From positions 40,476,439 through 40,540,438 of the forward strand of contig NC_092371.1 in NCBI RefSeq assembly GCF_030028105.1: a stretch of 64,000 bases of DNA, read 5' to 3'. This DNA is from Mobula birostris (lineage: Eukaryota). The notes below the pieces were generated by a model. The model was not told the DNA's origin, did no database searches, and worked only from the letters and a program-made list of their open reading frames with translations. This document shows positions 1-12,309 of this stretch, piece after piece. How positions within the stretch are numbered: the stretch's first letter is position 1; each line of letters opens with the position of its first letter. The position numbers and the translations under genes are program-made.

Positions 1-260
1 ACTCTATCTTTCCAATTTTCCAAAATGGATAACTTCAGGTTTATACACATTATACTTCATAAGTCATATATTTACCCACTCATCAATTGGTCTGAACTGA
101 CTTAAGCATTTGCATCTTCCTCACATCTCGCAATTGCACTAAGGGTTATATCTTGGCCAAACTTAGAAATGTGCTTCTCTCATCCAAGTCATTGCCATGT
201 ATTGAGAATAGCTGGCACCGAAGTACTGATCTCTGATGAGGCCTATTGGTCAGTATCTAC
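1..260 (-). mobile_element. Decayed CR1-like LINE RT fragment
   Basis: Resembles the antisense RT segment at 13060-13280 (CCAAAATGGATAACTTCA...CACATTATACTTCAT); heavily diverged. Confidence 0.45.
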
Positions 261-1160
261 CACCCCAAATAAATTGCAGGAAGTTGTTTTTGTGTCCGAT
301 GGCCATTGGCCAGGTTGCATGGAAGTTACAGGATCAAATTGACAGGTTCCTCCATGTTGCACGGTGTGGAGGTACATTCTCACTGTAGGCATGTATCTTG
401 AAGTTATATTACAGATGCAAGTATCCCTACAGTTTTTTTGTTGCCTAATAATATGGATCTCCATTCCCAGTGGTAGTCAACAGCTAGTCCTTCAACCTCC
501 CTCACTCAAAAAGTTTGGCTTTCTTGATGGAAAATTAACTTAAGATCCTTTCCTTGTGCATTGGTTTTAGGGCTTAAGGGTATTTTTGTACATTTATAAA
601 CTGAGCAACTTTATAAACAGTGCACATTTTGAGTATATTATGAGGTCATCTTTGTTCCTTTATGGATGTTTATATTTATTTAAGATTTTATCAGTTACAC
701 TCTCAGCAATTGTGTATAAATACTTGGAAAACTTCTGGAATGCGCTTAGGTGAAGGGAAATTGACAGTTTAAAAGGGCTTTAGGATGAGTTGAGGAAGCA
801 GTTTAATAAGCAGGCAAAGAAAGGCAAGAGGGTTTCTAATTTAATGCCCCAAGAGAAGTTACAGGCCTTTTGGATCCATTTTCCTAGATTCCTTACTCAT
901 AAATTTTGCTGCCAGATGTCAGTAAACACTCTTCCTCCAGATCATAATGACCTTCCAACAATTCCAACATCCCAATACTCCAAATCCAAGCACTCTCCCA
1001 TTATTACCCAGATCTACTGAAAACCTTCACCTTTCCACACCAATATGACCACATCCCAGTTTCAATCACCCATAGATACACCTGGTCCCAAAAAAAAGTC
1101 ATCGAGTTATGATTGATCACAGCAACTGCTGCTAAGGTTCCAGCAATTACAATCCACTTC

Positions 1161-1254
1161 AGTCCTGAAGAAGGGTCTCAACCGAAAATATGGACTCTTT
1201 ATTCATTTCCATAGATGCTGTGTGACTTGCTGAGTTCCTCCAGCATTTTGTGGG
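1161..1254 (+). mobile_element. Short Penelope-tail element with degenerate hammerhead motif, 16-bp TSD
   Basis: AATTACAATCCACTTC is duplicated at 1145-1160 and 1255-1270. The body matches the tail at 53673-53760. Confidence 0.85.
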
Positions 1255-2034
1255 AATTACAATCCACTTCCCTACTTACTACCAGTTTCCAGAACTCCAC
1301 AAAATACAAATTAAATGCAGAAACTGGAAATCTAAAATAACAACAGAAAATTCTGGAAGCACTCAGCAGGTCCAGCTGCATCAGTGTGAAGAGAAACAGA
1401 GTGATGCTTCAGGTCAAACAACCTTCATACCAGTTCCCTGCAAATCTCATACCACTCCTGATACCACCAAATCCCAGCAAAACCACCACACATCAGCTCT
1501 CCATCCTGAACCCATGCTACCCACGATACAATGAATTATCTTTGCAATGTTACCATATCCCAAAGACATCCTTTACTTCCATTGCCTCCAAATTACAGGA
1601 AGTGGCCTCTCACTGAGACTCCGGACCATTTTCCATGAACTACTGCTTTTCCTGAGCCATCATCCCATTACTGCTAGACCATGACCCCATCCCCACACTT
1701 TTCTAGTTCCCACCATTCCTAACTCGCTAAAAACTACTTTTCTTTATGAAAGCTCCTATTTACTATTTGCAAAGACATATAAAATATGCCATGCTACAGT
1801 GATGCATTTCCTGTCAGTGTGACAATTACTCTTGTAGTACTTCTCACTTGCACCAAAACTTTCCTCCAGTTTACTGCTTTTTCCATGCCTATCTCACTTG
1901 AACTTAGCTACTTTTAATCTCTACCTTTATACAGCCAACTTTCACAAGGCTAAAATTATCACCACCACTACCTCACCACCTTCTGAAGTAGCTAAATATC
2001 CACCAGCTCATAGAGAAAAGTTGAAGTATTGACA

Positions 2035-2960
2035 TTGGTATTGGTTTGTTATTGTCATATATACCAAGATGAAGTGTAAGGCTTGTCTTGCATAATGTTC
2101 ATTCAGATTAAATCATTGTGCAGTGCATTGAGGTAGAATAAGGCAAAACTATAACAATATAGAATAAAGTGAAAACTTACCAAAAAAATGCAGTGCAGGT
2201 AAATGATGAAGTGCTAGATCATAATAAGGTAGACTGTGAGGCTAAGAGTCCATTTTATTGTAGATGAGACCCTTTTAAGACTTTGAAAACAGTGGGATGG
2301 AGGCTGTCCTTAAGACTGGTGGTACATACTTTCAGGCTTTTGTACCTTCTGCCCAATGGGAGAGGGGAGAAGAGAGAATCTCCAAGTTTGGAAGGGTTTT
2401 TGATTATACTGGCTACTTTACTGAGGCAACAACAAGTATAGACAGAGTCCACAGAGGGGAGTCTGGTTCCTGTGATGTGCTGTGCTATGTCCACAGCTCT
2501 GCAGTTTCTTGTGATCATGTGCATAGCAGTTGCCGTACAAAGCCATTATACATCCAGGGAGATGTTTTCTATGGTGCATCGATAAACATTGCTAACAGTT
2601 AATGGGGCATGCTGAATTTCATTGGACTTCTAAGGAAGTAGAGGCATTGGTGAGCTTTCTTAGCCATGACAATGCGGTTGGACCAAGTCAGGCTATTGGT
2701 GATGTTTAACTGCTTGGAAGTTGAAGCTTTCAATCCTCTCAACCTCAGTATCTTTGATGTAGACAGGAGCATGTACACTGCCAGCTTTCTGTGGTCCAAC
2801 GACCAGCTCTTTTGTTTTGTTATCATTGAGGGAAAGGTTGTTGTTATAACATCAGGTCACTAAATTCTTTATCTCTGTCCTGTACTCCAACTCATTGTTA
2901 TTTGAAGTATGTCCCACTACAGTGGTGTCATCTGCAAGCTTGTTAGTGAAGTTAGAGCAG
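2035..2960 (-). mobile_element. Rex1/Babar-like LINE, 3' fragment
   Basis: Minus-strand peptides LTWSN...AKKAHQCLYFLR and SLFSPLPLGRRYKSLK match the Rex1/Babar ORF C-terminus; frameshifted. Confidence 0.75.
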
Positions 2961-3879
2961 AATCTGACTTGTTATTCATTTCCTTACTTCCTGAAGCATT
3001 CCCACTATTAACAATGGAGTGTGACAAGATACTCCCCAGAAGCATGAATAGTTCACCTCACATAATTATCAAGATGTTCCACACCACATAGTTCAATGCA
3101 ATGCACATATCCAGGACCCCATCACTACACCTCGCTACACCTTTACAAAACACATTTCATTTTCTCTCTAAGGATACTTAACTTCACCTCCCAATTCACA
3201 ACCTCTGCCAGCTAAAAGTACAGGGCAGAAGGTGCATGAGAAAACCCTGCGTTAAGATTATCCCCGTTATCAGTGCTGGTAAAAATACTGGACTTTTCCC
3301 ATCAATAAAGAGCATGGTTCTGTGCTTGCTGTACTTCTGAAGAGTCATGTTTTCGGCAAGAATTATTAGAAGTTGCAGTCAATTTTCATAGGTGTATCCC
3401 AATTCGTGATGCCTCATCTCATTTCCACCAAAACCAGCTAACTTAACTTGAGTAACCATACCCCCACAAGAGAGTCTGGCTCAGCTGTACACAATACAGT
3501 TCTGCTGAGCTATGAAAAGAATAACAATAAATTAAAAATAAAATGACATAGCTCGTAAATATAGCAAGTATTTTACATAATAGGAGAAAGAACTTGTATT
3601 TTTGTAGCATCATTCTTGATCTCAGCACCATGGAATCTTGAAAGCCAACAAAGTAAGTTTAATAAGTAGCAATTGTAAAATAGATTAACCCCTTATGGGA
3701 TATAATCTTGATGACTGCCCTCTTATTGTCATTAGTTGTTCATACCAAGAATTTGGCTACAGCTTAAAAAGGCTCCATCATACAAAGTATGCTGCGCTGG
3801 TTTATTGTGTTGTTAATTGCTTATACAGTATTTCATTCAAACTTAAATGACAGAATAACTGTGAAATATCAATTACACA

Positions 3880-4545
3880 AGTGCTTTGATCAACACAGTG
3901 ATTAATGTGGCTTGGTTGTGGCTAATATTAAGTCCTGTCTGAGCAAGGACTTGGACCCATTACAATTTGCCTACTGCTGCAACAGGTTTACAGTGGATGG
4001 ATTCTCACTGGCTCTCCATTTTGCTCTGGAGCACCTAGACAACTGCAAGATATACATCAGGCTGCCGTTTATCAATTACAGAATGGTGTTCAACACCGTC
4101 ATTCTTTCAATATTAATAAACAAGCTTCAAAACCTGGGCTTCTGCACTTCCCCATTCAGATGGATTCTCAATTTCCCTATTGGGAGACCAAAGTAAGTGG
4201 GGATCAGTAACAATATGCCCATCTATGTAAATTCACAGATGGCACCACTGCTGTTGGTACAATTTCAGCTGGTGATGGGAAGCTGAACAGGAGTGAGATA
4301 GATTAGCTGGTCGAGCGGTTTCACAACAGCAACATTGCACTCAACATCAGCAAGACTAAGGAATTGATTGTAGACTTCAGCAAGGGGAAGTTAGGAGATC
4401 ACACAACCATCTCCATTGAGGGGTCAGCTGCAGTAACGGTGAACAGCTTCTTGTTCTTCAGCATCAAAATCTCAGGTGGTTTATCCTGGGCCTGAATCTC
4501 AGGGTTGTATACTTCATACATACTTTGATAATAAATGTACTTAGA
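3880..4545 (+). mobile_element. Rex1/Babar-like LINE RT fragment
   Basis: LDPLQFAY...ALHFALEHLDN...IRLPFINYRMVFNTVI is a degenerate RT motif; contains internal deletions and stops. Confidence 0.75.
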
Positions 4546-4549
4546 ATCT

Positions 4550-4700
4550 ATGAGATTAAATTATTTATCACATGTGCATCAAAACACATAGTAAAGTGCA
4601 TTTGAGTTGACAACCAATGCAAACTAAGCATGTTCTGGGAGTAGCCCAGAAGTATTGTCACATGTTCCGGTGTCAATATAGCATGCCCACAATGTTCAGC
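4550..4700 (-). mobile_element. SINE 3' part, same family as 29905-30190
   Basis: Reverse-complement similarity to 30065-30190. Confidence 0.55.
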
Positions 4701-5044
4701 AGAAAAACACAAGCAGTAACAGGAACAGAACAAAACAACAACAACAAAACAGGCCCCTTTCCCATCCTCCCACCTATTGACCCACTGACACATACAGATA
4801 GGCCTCCAGACCCAGGACAGGTACCTTTCTTGGTGGTGGAGCATTCAGATTCAGGAGGGGCTGTTAGAATAGCCTGAACAAGCAACTGATTTGCATTTTC
4901 TAGATAACACAAGTCTGCTGCAACTTTGTTTAAAGCAGTTGCTGGGACCAATCCAGCAGGCTGTTTTGTCATCAACAATTTTGCTTGTTAGCAGCTGTTG
5001 GAGCTTCATTGATCCAGGTATTAGTGAGTCCTCTATCTGTGCCA

Positions 5045-5265
5045 TACCCTCCAAATATCCGGACCTGCCTCTCGGTTTTTTTGCTTTACCTCACTTTCCA
5101 TTTTTCTATTTTCTATTTATGATTTATAATTTAAATTTTTAATATTTACTATCGATTTGTAATCCAGGGAGCGGGAAGTGCAGAATCAAATATCGTTGTC
5201 ATGATTGTACACTCTAGTATCAATTGTTTGGCAGCAATAGAGTATAAAGTATAAGTATAAAGTAT
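5045..5265 (+). mobile_element. Non-LTR element 3' end with short tandem-repeat tail
   Basis: Ends in (AAGTATA)n-like repeats at ~5240-5265 and is CpG-richer than the flanks. Confidence 0.45.
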
Positions 5266-5269
5266 ACCC

Positions 5270-6100
5270 CTGCCATGTGCCTTGAGAAGGTTTTTTTGAG
5301 GCAAGAGAATACCTATCTATGACCTGCTTATATGGCTGGTCCAGTTGAGTTTCCTTTTAATAGTGACCCCAGGGTGTTGATCATGGGGTGTTTGGGTAAT
5401 GCTACTGAACATCAAGAATAAGTGGTTAGGATCACTATCGATGGTCGTCATCATCAGCTGCTACTTGCCATATGTCAGCCAATGCCTGAATGTTGACCTG
5501 TGTCATACAGGTATGTCCTTTTTCATTTGCAGTGGAGTTGAACATTATGCATTCATCAGCAAATGCCCCATTTCTGAACTTTTGACAAAGCAAGCTATTT
5601 CTTGAAGAGGTTGGTTGTGGTTGAACCCGGGTTACTGTTTTGAGGGACCACTACAATGATGTCTGAGCATTGGAGATGATTTACTTCCATCAGCCACAAC
5701 ACTTCTTGTGCAAAGTATGGCTCCAAATAGAGTGAGTTCTTAGTGATGCCCATTGGCATCAGTTTTACCAGATCTCGTTGAAACCACAGCCAGTCAAATA
5801 CTGGCTTGATGTAAAGAACATTCATTAATCTCATCTCTGGAATTCATAGTTGGTATAAAACTTTTGTTTATTTGATACAATTATTTGGTTTGGAATAAAG
5901 CTGTGGGGAAGTCTGAAGACATATGATCCTGGTGAACCCAAGTAGTCATTGGTAAGCAGGTTATTGGTAAATGTCACTTGATAGTACTATTAATGACATT
6001 TTCCATAACTTAGCTTGACTGACTGGCTGTAATTAGTTGGATTGTATTTGTTCTTCTTTTTTGTGAAAATAACATATCTCAGCAATTTTGCAGGTTGTTG
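5270..6100 (-). mobile_element. Old CR1-group LINE RT fragment
   Basis: The minus strand reads as a degenerate RT C-terminal region (…INTLGSLL…NW-like); many disruptions. Confidence 0.45.
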
Positions 6101-6352
6101 TGCAGATCCACTGAAATAGTTTGACTAAAGCATTGATAATTCTTGAGCAAAGATTGCATTTGGCATAGTTATTCCTTGACGTCAAGGACAATAATTTTCA
6201 GCAACTCCCTGGACTTCAGATTTGATACTTGCTTGTTCCAGGTTTGGAAGTGTGTAATTCTGCCAGAATTGCTATCCTGATGAAACCATCTGCCACTGTT
6301 AAACTATAGGCATTAATGGGTACTCAGCACTGAATGGAATCCTAGCATAATT

Positions 6353-7018
6353 TAGATTATGAGAACACTCAGTCCTCTTTTATTGTCATTTAGAAATGCA
6401 TACATGCATTAAGAAATGATATAAAGTTCCTCCAGAGCAATATCACAGAAAACAGGACAAATCAAAGACTAACACTGACAGAACCACATAATTATAACAT
6501 ATAGTTACAGCAGTGCAAAACAATACCATAATTTGATAAAGAACAGATCATGGGGATGGTAAAAAAAGTCTCAAGTCCTGATCGACTCCAGAATCCCCGA
6601 AAGCAGGCAGCAAAAGGGAGAAACTCCCTGCCATAAAGCTCCAAGGCAGCGACAACTGCCAATGCCTTGGAAGCAGCCGACCACAGCCGACACCGAGTCT
6701 GTCCATCCGAAAACTTCGAGCCTCTGACCAGCCCTTCCGATACAGCCCCCTGAGCGCCATCCTCTGCCGAGCACCTTTGACCTAGCCCCGGCCGCCGAAA
6801 CAAGCAAAGCCAAGGATTCGGGGCCTTCTGCTCCGGAGATTCCAGTTACCACACAGTAGCAGCGGCAGCAAGGCGGACATTTCAGAAGTTTCTCCAGATG
6901 TTTCTCCGTACTCTCACGTCTGTCTCCATCAAATCAGAATCCCCTACTTGACAGATTACAAATATCATTCACCGGAGAGGCCACGCGTGCTGCGTCGTGC
7001 CACCATCTTCTCCTCCTC
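6353..7018 (-). mobile_element. ~660-bp non-autonomous retroelement, copy 1
   Basis: Colinear with 41430-42060. Has a GC/CpG-rich 5' part beginning GGAGGAGAAGATGG and an AT-rich 3' part with AATAAA and an AATCT tail. Confidence 0.75.
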
Positions 7019-7892
7019 TTCTCTAAGTTTCATGCAAAGAAGGGATAGGATTCTAATGACTCTGGAAGGTTATAGTTGAACATGGGTTTTAACAATTTGC
7101 TTTCTACCATCATATTTATGTTACATCTATGACATATTTATTTTGCTATTTCTAACCTAACTGATAAGAAACATAAGAACAACTCATAGAAGAATGCAGT
7201 ATAGGTGCACAAAAGTTATAGGACATCAACAACCATGGCTTTATTATTTATGTTGGTTGCTGAAAATGCCCTACAGTATTAACAGCCTTATTATATGACT
7301 AAGGGGGAAAATAGTTCTCAAATTTGACTAAATTTTCATATAGTTGTCGCATTAATTCTACACAGTAATAGTAGTAAAATTAGATTAGTGTAGTTATGTG
7401 TAATGGCAAACTCCAGCAGCGAATACCAAGTGATTTAGTACGATATGGGAATGAAGGTTATAATTATCCAAAAGCTCATGGGGAAAACAAAATAGTTCAT
7501 AGTTAAGTGAAGTAAGTGAAGACTAAATAGTGAATACCTTGAAATAATGAGACATAGATTGTTCAATATCACTCCAATTTTTCAGTATAAGATTGGATAT
7601 TAATTAGAGAGTGAATATTTTCATTCACATTGTGAAGAGACAGGAAGAGGTAATTGGAGTGTGTTGTTCCGGGTTATTCATACACAACTGCAAGGGACAA
7701 ATTATATAGAAACATTGAAATGTTTCTTGGAATAGGTCACATACCATTGTGAAATCGTCGGAAGAATTCACATACAGGACTAGTTAGTAATTACATTGTG
7801 TCTTGCAATTATAAGTGAATAATGTTATGGTAATCCAAAGGTTTTAGTCGGTTTTCTAGCTGTGCTTTAGGTTGGTAATTTAACAGAACCAT

Positions 7893-8098
7893 TTGTTGTT
7901 CAGTCGTTGAGTCCAAATCTTCTTGACCTCATGGACCATAGGGTCCATAGGGTTTTCATGGCAAGATACGGAAGTAGATTTCAAGGCCTTTCTTCCGCAC
8001 AGATACTGCTGCTGTCCAGTTTGGGGCCCGGCTGGGTTTGATCTCAGGACCATCTGCCTTGAAGTCCAGTGCTGATGCCACCACATCACCAGCCAGCC
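7893..8098 (-). mobile_element. tRNA-head SINE with RTE/BovB-like 3' tail, 9-bp TSD
   Basis: CAGAACCAT at 7884-7892 and 8099-8107. The 5' end has degenerate A/B boxes. The 3' end reads GGTCCATGAGGTCAAGAAGATTTGGACTCAACGACTGAACAACAA. Confidence 0.75.
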
Positions 8099-8789
8099 CA
8101 GAACCATGTTGATGCCTAATAGCCTTTTTTCAACTCAAACACAGATGCAAACAGATATGCAGCCATGATGCTGTAACAATGTGCTTTTTGTACTCTAATG
8201 TTCTAATGTTCAGAATTCAGATTTTGACCATTTCCTTTGTCAAGTAAAGATTTTAATAAAACTTTTTAAGTATAGAAACTTAAAATACTGCACTGGAAGG
8301 AGAACAACAACTGCAAGTGAGAGTCAGGAAGTTATGAAACGTGAAGAAACAAAAACTGAGATGATGTTGCATGAATAGTGTGGGAAAAGCCATTTATGGA
8401 CCAGAACAAGGATTTGGGTAATGACTAAACACCATCTAACATTGATCATCTGATATCATAGGAGAGGTTAAGTTCAGAGGCAACAAATATGTGGATAATT
8501 GTTTAGAAGGCAATGTGCCTTATTAGTAGTGGACATGATCATAGAGATATAGAGTTACAGGGAACTACAATTTGGAAACATTCCTTTTAGCCTTTCTCAT
8601 CCATGCCAACTAAGGTGCTTTCCTGAGCTAGTACCATTTGTTGACATTTGGTCCATATACCTTTAAACTTTTAATGCCATAATATTTGAAACAGGCAATA
8701 TTTCTGATGAGATGGATATGGGTTAAAGCTCAGAGCAGATTGTACAAAGGAGTTTATTGAATAGTGAAAAATATTGATGGGTACTGAAA

Positions 8790-9170
8790 ATATGAAATAA
8801 GAACAGAAAAGGATACTCAGCAGATCAGAGAACAACAAAGAAAGGTGAAATATTTAATGTTTTAGCTCAAAAACTGTTCATCAAATGGTTAACGTTCAAC
8901 ACTGAAAACATCAGAGACTGCAGATACTAGAATTCAGATACTGGGGAAATTAGCCTCCAGCAGATTTTCTTTCTGTGGGAAAGAAGAAGTAACTGCTGAT
9001 ATTTCAAGTTGAAACCTTGCATCGGGACTGTACTACTCCTCTGCAAAGTCTCTTCAAAATGTGTCAAAATTAAAGAAATATTCTTCCTCTCTCCAATAGG
9101 AGTCCTGTGATACTCTCTCACTTTTCACCCTCTATGGATTTCACTATTCTCCAGCTCTTTGACCACCTTC
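8790..9170 (-). mobile_element. Cluster of old Penelope-tail fragments
   Basis: ACTCAGCAGATCAG, GACTGCAGATACTAGAAT and TTTCAAGTTGAAACCTTGCATCGGGACTG resemble the younger tails. Confidence 0.45.
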
Positions 9171-10559
9171 TTACCAATGGTTAATGTTTGTTTTGCAAGA
9201 CCAAGTAAACCAGTGGAAGTTGGTTCAAACTAAATCTAAGTACAAACGTATTTAGAGTATAGGAGTATTGTAATTACAGATTCATGAGATAAATATACAG
9301 GATTGTGTGGTGGTATTTCAATTATGGTGACACAATCTATTTGCATAATTTCAGAAGAAGATCATAACTTCACTCTCTGTTTCTTGCCTTCCTCTTATCA
9401 AATGCAATGACCATTCCCACCCATACTGATGCAAACAGATCTCAAGGGTTCAAACAATGACTGCTGAGGAACAAAAGAAAATGAAGCATGTTGCTTTGTT
9501 TTATTGCATTCTCAGTACTGAAAGGTGCATTCTGCTGTAATCAGGAGACTTAATGGGGAACTTCAGAACTTGTTGCTCTTTTGAAGTCCACTGTAGCAGA
9601 AAGTGTTATCTTCGGAGTTTTGTGCACCAGATACTTATTCAAAGGGCTTTTCTGCAGTGACACTGCTGTCAATGTTCCAATACTGGAAGCATTATTATAG
9701 CTCTGGCTTGCCAATCAAGTTGAGGTAAGGTCCTTGGGGTGGATGGCAGAAATATGTTCATCAGTGAGGAGACTTTTCCCAGTAAATTGTCAGAGGCACT
9801 GTATTCTATTTGCACTCCTTTGACAACCAATGTATTTGCAGGCTAAAATTTGTCAAGGTTGATGCGACTGAAATATATAAGGTCTGGATCATTATCCCAT
9901 TCTACTTCTGAAACCCTCATTCAGAACTTAGTACTCCTAAAACTTAGCAGACATGAAATCATGTTGGATACTGAAATGTGAGAAGAATCTAGAGAACGTT
10001 CAAGGCTACTTAGACAAATTGAGTAAGTAGGCAAATGCATGACAGTTGCAATGAGATGAAGTTCACTTTGGTGGGAGAAAAATGAAAAATAAAGAGTGCT
10101 GCATTAATGATTTAAGATTGAACATGTCAAAAGGTATCTGAGTGTGCTTGCACACTACTCAGTGATAGCAAATATGCAAATGTAGCAAGCAGTAAAGCAG
10201 ACAGATGTAACATCACAAGTAAATCATGAACTGCTCTGAACAGAGACATCTATCACTACTTTAACAATCATGTAGAATATGACCAGTATTTAACATTGTT
10301 CTTTACCTTCAGTTTATTTCTCCTCAGCAGCAGAGGGAAGATTCAAGGTACAGTCACAGTAAGATACTGTAAAGGACCAGTTGGATGTTTACAGTTGAAT
10401 CAGTTCCATTATCACCTCTATATTGGTCATCGTAGTGATGAACAGCAACACCATGTTCACCCAATGCTAATCTGATACAGATGATCATGATAATGTTCCG
10501 ATTTCCAACTGCAGCATTGTGACACATCTGCGATGATTAAACAGTTGACAATACAGTGG

Positions 10560-10782
10560 CAAACAAGAGAAAACCTGCAGAATTCCAAGCAACACACACA
10601 AAATGCTGGAGGAACTCAGCAGACCAGGCAGCATCTATGGAAAAGAGTACAGTCAACGTTTCAGGCCGAGACCCTTTGCAGGTCCTGCTGAAGCGTCTCT
10701 ATTTGAAACGTCGGCTGTACTCGTTCCATTGATGCTACCTGGCCTGCTAAGTTCCTCCAGCATTTTGTGTCTGTTGTGTGTA
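10560..10782. mobile_element. Fold-back (palindromic) Penelope-tail element, 15-bp TSD
   Basis: TTGACAATACAGTGG at 10545-10559 and 10783-10797. Inverted arms of ~90 bp are centred on GCAGG-T-CCTGC (10678-10688). Confidence 0.88.
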
Positions 10783-10791
10783 TTGACAATA

Positions 10792-11557
10792 CAGTGGATT
10801 CAGTTAATTGGGACTTCAGGAAATAGTTAAAAAGGTATAAAAATGACAAGCTACAGTTTAATTGAGTCACAAATTATGTATTTAATTTAAGTATAGAATA
10901 TATTAGAGCACTATCAATGCTACTACAATACGATAAAATTGTTGGTTCCTAATAGTTATCGACAGGAACTCATCCAGAGTATCGTGCCGGGTTCCTTTGA
11001 TTGACGGTAAGTGAACAAAATCAGTGCAGACAATGAAATGACATCATAAAATGCTATTGATTATATCCTCCTAATCTTTGTTTTCATCCTAACATTCTAG
11101 ATGATTGCCGATACCCCAAATTCTTCATAGTACCTAACTCGTTGAAGTAATGAAATAGTTTCTTTTTCACTCCCAGCCATTTCTGGCATCTTCAAGCCTG
11201 AATCCTTGAAGCTGCAGTGAGCAAAACAGTTCTGAATTGTCTTGCTGCTTATTTCTCACCAGCTATCAGTGACAAAAAAAAACACTTCTTTTTAAACACA
11301 AACACATGCAACTGGCACAATTTAAAAACTGTGCACTCTAAGTATAGTGTAGTGCCTAATGGCTATACAAGTGCATATGTCTGACACTAGTTAGAAACTG
11401 TTCAGCAACAGTCTCCTGCCCTAGTTAGGAAGCATAGTGTCCCAAATAAACAAAGGGGTTCCCAGCTGTTTTTTCTATTAGTTTTTGTTCTTGAAGAATT
11501 ATCCTAAATAAATGGCTGCCTCGTTTAACCAATGGCCCAATTAACCAGAATCAATTG
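10792..11557. mobile_element. Tc1/mariner-pogo (Tigger-like) non-autonomous DNA element
   Basis: TIRs CAGTGGATTCAGTTAATTGGG and CCCAATTAACCAGAATCAATTG, each flanked by TA. Confidence 0.75.
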
Positions 11558-12309
11558 TATTTGTGAAGTGTGAGAAGTGTTTGTGAGTGTTGGAATAATG
11601 GTAAATATGTGAATACATGTTGCTAATTTAATTTAATAACAGTGATTGATAGAGATTTTCTTCAGATATCTAAATGATTGTGCCACATAGCATTGAGCAG
11701 CAAATGTGTCTACAGCTGCAGTTCTTGTGAACTGAGTTTTTATCAACTGATTTTCATATTAGGTTATTATTTACCATCTCCAGCACTGCATCCAGGTCCT
11801 TGTAGGTCACTGCATCCTAGCAATACTTCTTTAATTCCACCCATGGGCATTTGAACTTTGAAATAAAAAGGAGTTAATATTGAAACACTCAACAAGTCAG
11901 GTAGCATCTGTGGAAAGATCCAGCACTCCTTGTCAGAACTCAGTGGGGAGAGAAGTGGGTAAATAGATTTTTAGTCACAGTCAAGAGAATGGTATGTCTT
12001 ACTGGTGTGTAAAACCTGAGGAGTTTTTGAAAGGGTAGAATCAGGCTACGTTGAGATTTGAATATAAAATTGAGATAAAGATGTAGTGGAAATAAGATCT
12101 ACTATGAGCCGCCATGTGCCCAGGTAATGATGACTGGGACCTACTGAGAGGATAAAGTCGAGATGGCAGAATTTTGGATGAGATGAGGAGGGCAGAAGGT
12201 GAAATTAATAACTGGTGAGAAATGAAGCATGGAATTATTGATGAGGGTTTTATTTTCAAGAATTAGAAATGCGTTGGATATCACAGAGGCAGGAGAGGTC
12301 ATGAAAATA

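Noticed and set aside
340-545. Possible exon of an upstream neighbour gene
   Set aside because: The translations show no recognisable similarity and there is no convincing splice pair.
9505-9730. Exon-like segment with AG acceptors and a GAG|GTAAGG donor
   Set aside because: All frames I tested contain stops, and there is no recognisable protein.
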